Shown piece after piece: positions 60,236-64,000 of a stretch of 64,000 bases of DNA. Positions within the stretch are counted from its first letter, which is position 1. Each line of letters starts with the position of its first letter. The notes under the pieces were generated by a model. It ran no database searches. It worked only from the letters and a program-made list of their open reading frames with translations, and was not told the DNA's origin. The translations under genes were made by a program, and so were the position numbers. Source of the DNA: Mantamonas sphyraenae STR306 (taxonomy: Eukaryota; Protista; CRuMs); NCBI GenBank assembly GCA_026936335.1, contig JAPMXV010000051.1, forward strand, positions 310,001 to 374,000, in the 5' to 3' direction.

Positions 60236-61760
60236 TCAAAAGTTTTGCGGGAAGAGCTTCTCAATATCGGCGTTGTGCGGGTTGATGGGGCCCAGCCAGT
60301 GGGAGTAGTTGTCCTCGAGGTGCTGCCAGAGCAACTGGGCGAGGAGGGAGTTTGCAATCTGATCGGGATGGAAGCCGTCGACGGGCTCGATGAGCTGGCG
60401 CGGATCGTGGCCCATCTTGCGCCACTCCTCGATTGCGCTCTTGATAGGGTAGTCAAAGTAGGCCATGTCAAAGTTCTTAAAGGTGGTGCTGTTGATGATG
60501 TCGACGTACTGGTCGTTGAGGGCGTTTGCGCGATCGGTGGCGAGGTTGCGCACGGTCTCGTTGGGGTTGAGCCAGGCCCAGCAGGGGTTGAGGTACAGGC
60601 AGTTGAGGTATTCGTAGACCTCGGCGTAGGTGGCGCCGGTGGGGTGGGTGGAGTTGTGCAGCAGGTCCCAGAGGACGCGGCCGTCGACGACGCCAACAAA
60701 CATGACGTGGGAGCCATGCGGGAGGCGCGTGTCGAGGTACTCGAGGGTCTTGAGGACATTGGCCTTGAACTGCTCCGGGGTGGTCATGCGGTCCAGGGTA
60801 TGGTGCGGCGTGCAAATGTCGTTGCCGATGAGGGCGTGGAAGACGAGGGCCGGCTTGTCGTTCTGCTGGTCCCTGGCCATGGACTGCACGATGCCGTTGG
60901 CCATGGCGCCCGTGCGTGCTCCGTTCACGGCAATGTTCTGGTAGTCGTTGTAGTTGCAGCGGTTGCGCTTCCACATGTACTCGTAGATGGAGTTCATGGG
61001 GCCCGGGCAGTCCTCGGTATGACCAGTGTACATGGAGCACATGGGCACATCAAACTCGTCCTCGAGGGCAGGGAGCAGGTTGTGGTACGTGGAGCTGTTG
61101 ATGTCCTTGGCAGTCAGGTACTGGGGCGGGATGTGAAAGTGAGCCGAGGCGCTGTCGCCAAGGACAATCGTGCCCATGGCGCTGCTGTTGCCGCAAAACA
61201 TCTCCTCGTAGTCGTTGCCTGCGTCGTCTGCGCCGCTGATTCCGTTGCAGTTGTAGTCCTTGTGCTCGTCGCCGTGTTCGTTGATCTTGCGCCCAGGGTA
61301 CACGCGAGAGTTGAGGTCGTCGCAGTCCTTGCCGCGCCAGTCGTACCCACGCAGGGTGGCCATGCGCGAGAACATGTCTCCGTCCAGGTCGTCCACGGGC
61401 TCGTGCTTGTTGGCGAGCCTGTCGATGAGCTTCTTGATCCAGTCCCACGGGTTCTCGCCCTCCTTGCCTTGCACATCGGTCTCCACGCGCGCTTCCTTCT
61501 TGCCTCCACGCACGCCTCCCAGGAACAGTGCCTCGTGGCGAGCACGCGTCACGCGGTTCGGGAACAGCGCGCAGGTGTTGTCCACGCACAGGTCCGTCTT
61601 GTGGCAGGTCTTGTCCGGCCCCAGGCCGTTCTCCAGACCCTCGATGATTGTGTTTCCGTACGTGTTCACAAACCATGTGCACAGGCTTTCAAACTGTTTG
61701 GTGGCCCGTTTCGCCCATCAGCGTGGATTACACAAAAAAAGGGGGGTGTCCGCGAGCCAC

Positions 61761-61792
<32 letters not shown>

Positions 61793-62339
61793 CCAGTCCC
61801 ATCCGTGCATGCGCCATGTCCCTGTCTGTGTCAGTTCACCTGCCTGGGGTCCTTCTTTCTCTGGGCCTCGTTCGCTTCCGTGGGGTTCTTCTCTCGAGAG
61901 CCGTTTGCAGGCATGCGGAGCCACAATTTCGCCAAGCTGGCATCCTCTACCGATGCGCACCGCAATGGCTGGTTGGCCATAGCTTGTGGCGCCTCTGCAT
62001 GCCTGCCACGTGTGTCACCCGTGACCCTGTTCTTCTCTCTCTGTGTACACGTACCTCGGGCGGCAAGAGGTCGCACCATTCGTCGACGGTCTTTTCGATG
62101 CTCTGCTCATGCACCACGGCGTAGTTTTCCACAGTTGTGAGGATGATGGTGCAGGCAGCACAGTCGATGGCCTTGGGTGGTCCGTCCTTGGACACCTCCT
62201 GCGAAAAGCCAAACATGGTGCGCACCAGCTTTCCTGCGCTGGGCACGTCGTCCAGCGACGCTGCCACCACGCTTGCGCAGACCACGAGCAGGACAACCAC
62301 TGTCACGGCTTGAATCTCCTTGTTCCGCTTGATGTACAT
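60236..62339 (-). CDS. AOAH: Acyloxyacyl hydrolase (saposin B + SGNH lipase)
   Basis: Signal peptide; saposin CAAC..C..|..C..C..C; DLDGD.FS...TLRGYDWRGKDCDD; IVLGDSASAHF; NIAVNGAR; LIGNDIC; LIEPVDGFHP; LGPINPHN; one intron ~62054-61694. Confidence 0.93.
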
Positions 62340-62513
62340 GCCGGGTTGTTTTGGCGTCCATGGGGCCAGTGTGGGCTCGTCTCTGCTGTGTCTCCAGCAG
62401 AGACAAGCCCATTGCCATTCCTCTGCCTGACTCGTTCCCGTGTGGATCTGCTTGCGTGCCGTCTGATTTTTGATGCACCGACGTTGGATCCAACGCAACT
62501 CGAACGCACAGCG

Positions 62514-64000
62514 ATGTCCCAGTCCGACGAGTTCTTTTCACTCACATCCTCGAGCGATCCGGAGGACGTCATCATCCAGATGTGCAGACACCTGTACTCG
62601 CTGGGCCACGTGTCGGGCACAGGCGGTGGCATGTCTGTTCGCGACGGCGACCGCGTGTACATCGCCGGGTCGGGTCTGATGAAGGAGCGGCTGACCAAGG
62701 CGGACATTTTCCTCTTTGACCGCACGTCGCAGGAGATGGTGCGCGCAGCCACAAACCCGGGCGTGAAGCCGTCGCAGTGTACGCCGTTGTTCTTCAACGC
62801 GTACGAGCTGTCGGACGCCGGCGCGTGCATCCACACACACAGCCTGCACGCGGTGCTTGTCACGGCCCTGCTGGAGCCCTCGTCCGTGTTTCGTGCACGC
62901 AACTGGGAGATGGTCAAGGGTATCCGCGGGCTGTCGTACAACGATGACCTCGTGGTGCCCATCATCGACAACACAGGTGCGTTGCTCTCTCTGTGCCTGT
63001 GCGTCGCGTCGTCGTGACACAGGATTTTTTGGTTTACCCCCCCCCGGCTGTCCGGCTCACTCCCTCCCCACCCCACACGCGGTTGTCCACCACCCGACTG
63101 TGCGGTTGCTGCCCACAGCGCATGAAGCGGATCTCAAGCAGTCCATGTATGAGGCGATGAAGGCACACCCAAACACCTATTGCGTCCTCGTCCGCCGCCA
63201 CGGCGCCTATGTGTGGGGCAAAGACTGGGTTGAGGCGAAGCAGCATCTGGAGATTTACGAGTACCTCTTTGAGCTTGCCGTCAAGCTGCACACGCTGGGT
63301 CTGTCCATTGCACGCGGCGTTTCTGACGTCGTCAGTGTGGCCGACGACACGGACGCGCGCTCTGTGGTCCACGCGCGGCCTCGGTTGCCCAGCACAGGCA
63401 GCCAGGCGAGCAACGTCAGCGCCCCTCCGTCAACACAGACCCGCAAGCGCAAATTCTCCGATGCCATCGAGCAGCCCTTTTACAGCCCCAGCGTGCATCA
63501 CGCCTCTGCCAGTGGCTCCGTCAGTCCCAGCGTCACCAATGCTCCGCCTGCGCTGAAGCGGTCCTTTCTGGGGAACAGCGGTTCGTCGTCCAGCTCCAGC
63601 ACACCTACCCCCACTGCAGCCGCCTCCTCCTCCTCCTCGTCGTCGTCGTCGTCTGTGTCCTCCTCCGCCATTGTATCCTCCTCTGCCATCTCATCCCACA
63701 TTGCCAAGTACAACTTTGAGCCTTCGGAGCGCGCCGGAAGCGTGTCGTCCGGGTACAGCTCGGGCTCCGAGTTTCCCCACGAGCCCCTTTCCAGACGCAA
63801 GCGCACGCGTTCGCGCGACTCGGTGACGTCGAGTGAGTGACGATTTGGCCTTCCTTTGTGTGCGTGTGTGCGTGTGTGCGTGTGCGTCCGGCTGCTTGCT
63901 AACACACCAAGGCGCTCGCTTGCTCTGAGCAGAACTGCACACGTGGTTGAAAGACCATTGTCAATGTGTGATCATGGACATCGAGGGCACCACGACACCC
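62514..64000 (+). CDS. Methylthioribulose-1-phosphate dehydratase (MtnB/APIP) fused to enolase-phosphatase E1 (MtnC); runs off the window
   Basis: GHVSGTGGGMS, KPSQCTPLF, GACIHTHS, VPIIDNT|AHE, VLVRRHG.YVWG; Ser-rich linker; intron ~63832-63932 joins to VIMDIEGTTTP (HAD motif I of E1). Confidence 0.88.

Overview
This is gene-dense, GC-rich nuclear DNA from a eukaryotic microbe, probably a free-living heterotrophic protist; the lineage cannot be fixed from this window. I can support about 30 protein-coding genes with GT-AG spliceosomal introns (donors GTACGT/GTGCGT/GTGAGT/GTAGGT, branch sites CTGAC/CTAAC/TTGAC, many (CA)n/(GT)n tracts) and one tRNA-Ala(UGC). Intergenic gaps are extremely short: divergent start codons lie 36-175 bp apart and co-directional genes as little as 13-19 bp apart. 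Most interesting: (1) a predicted myristoylated ankyrin-PH-coiled-coil protein fused to a Snf7/ESCRT-III domain; (2) an 8-Cys zinc-ribbon protein ending in a ribosomal P-stalk-like motif; (3) a ~0.85 kb non-coding island of long fold-back hairpins; (4) a signal-anchored, stand-alone MICAL-like flavoprotein; (5) start codons split by introns; (6) G/C-skew domains that ignore gene orientation. About eight single-base frame breaks are most likely assembly indels. All family calls come from motif recognition by eye, not database searches.
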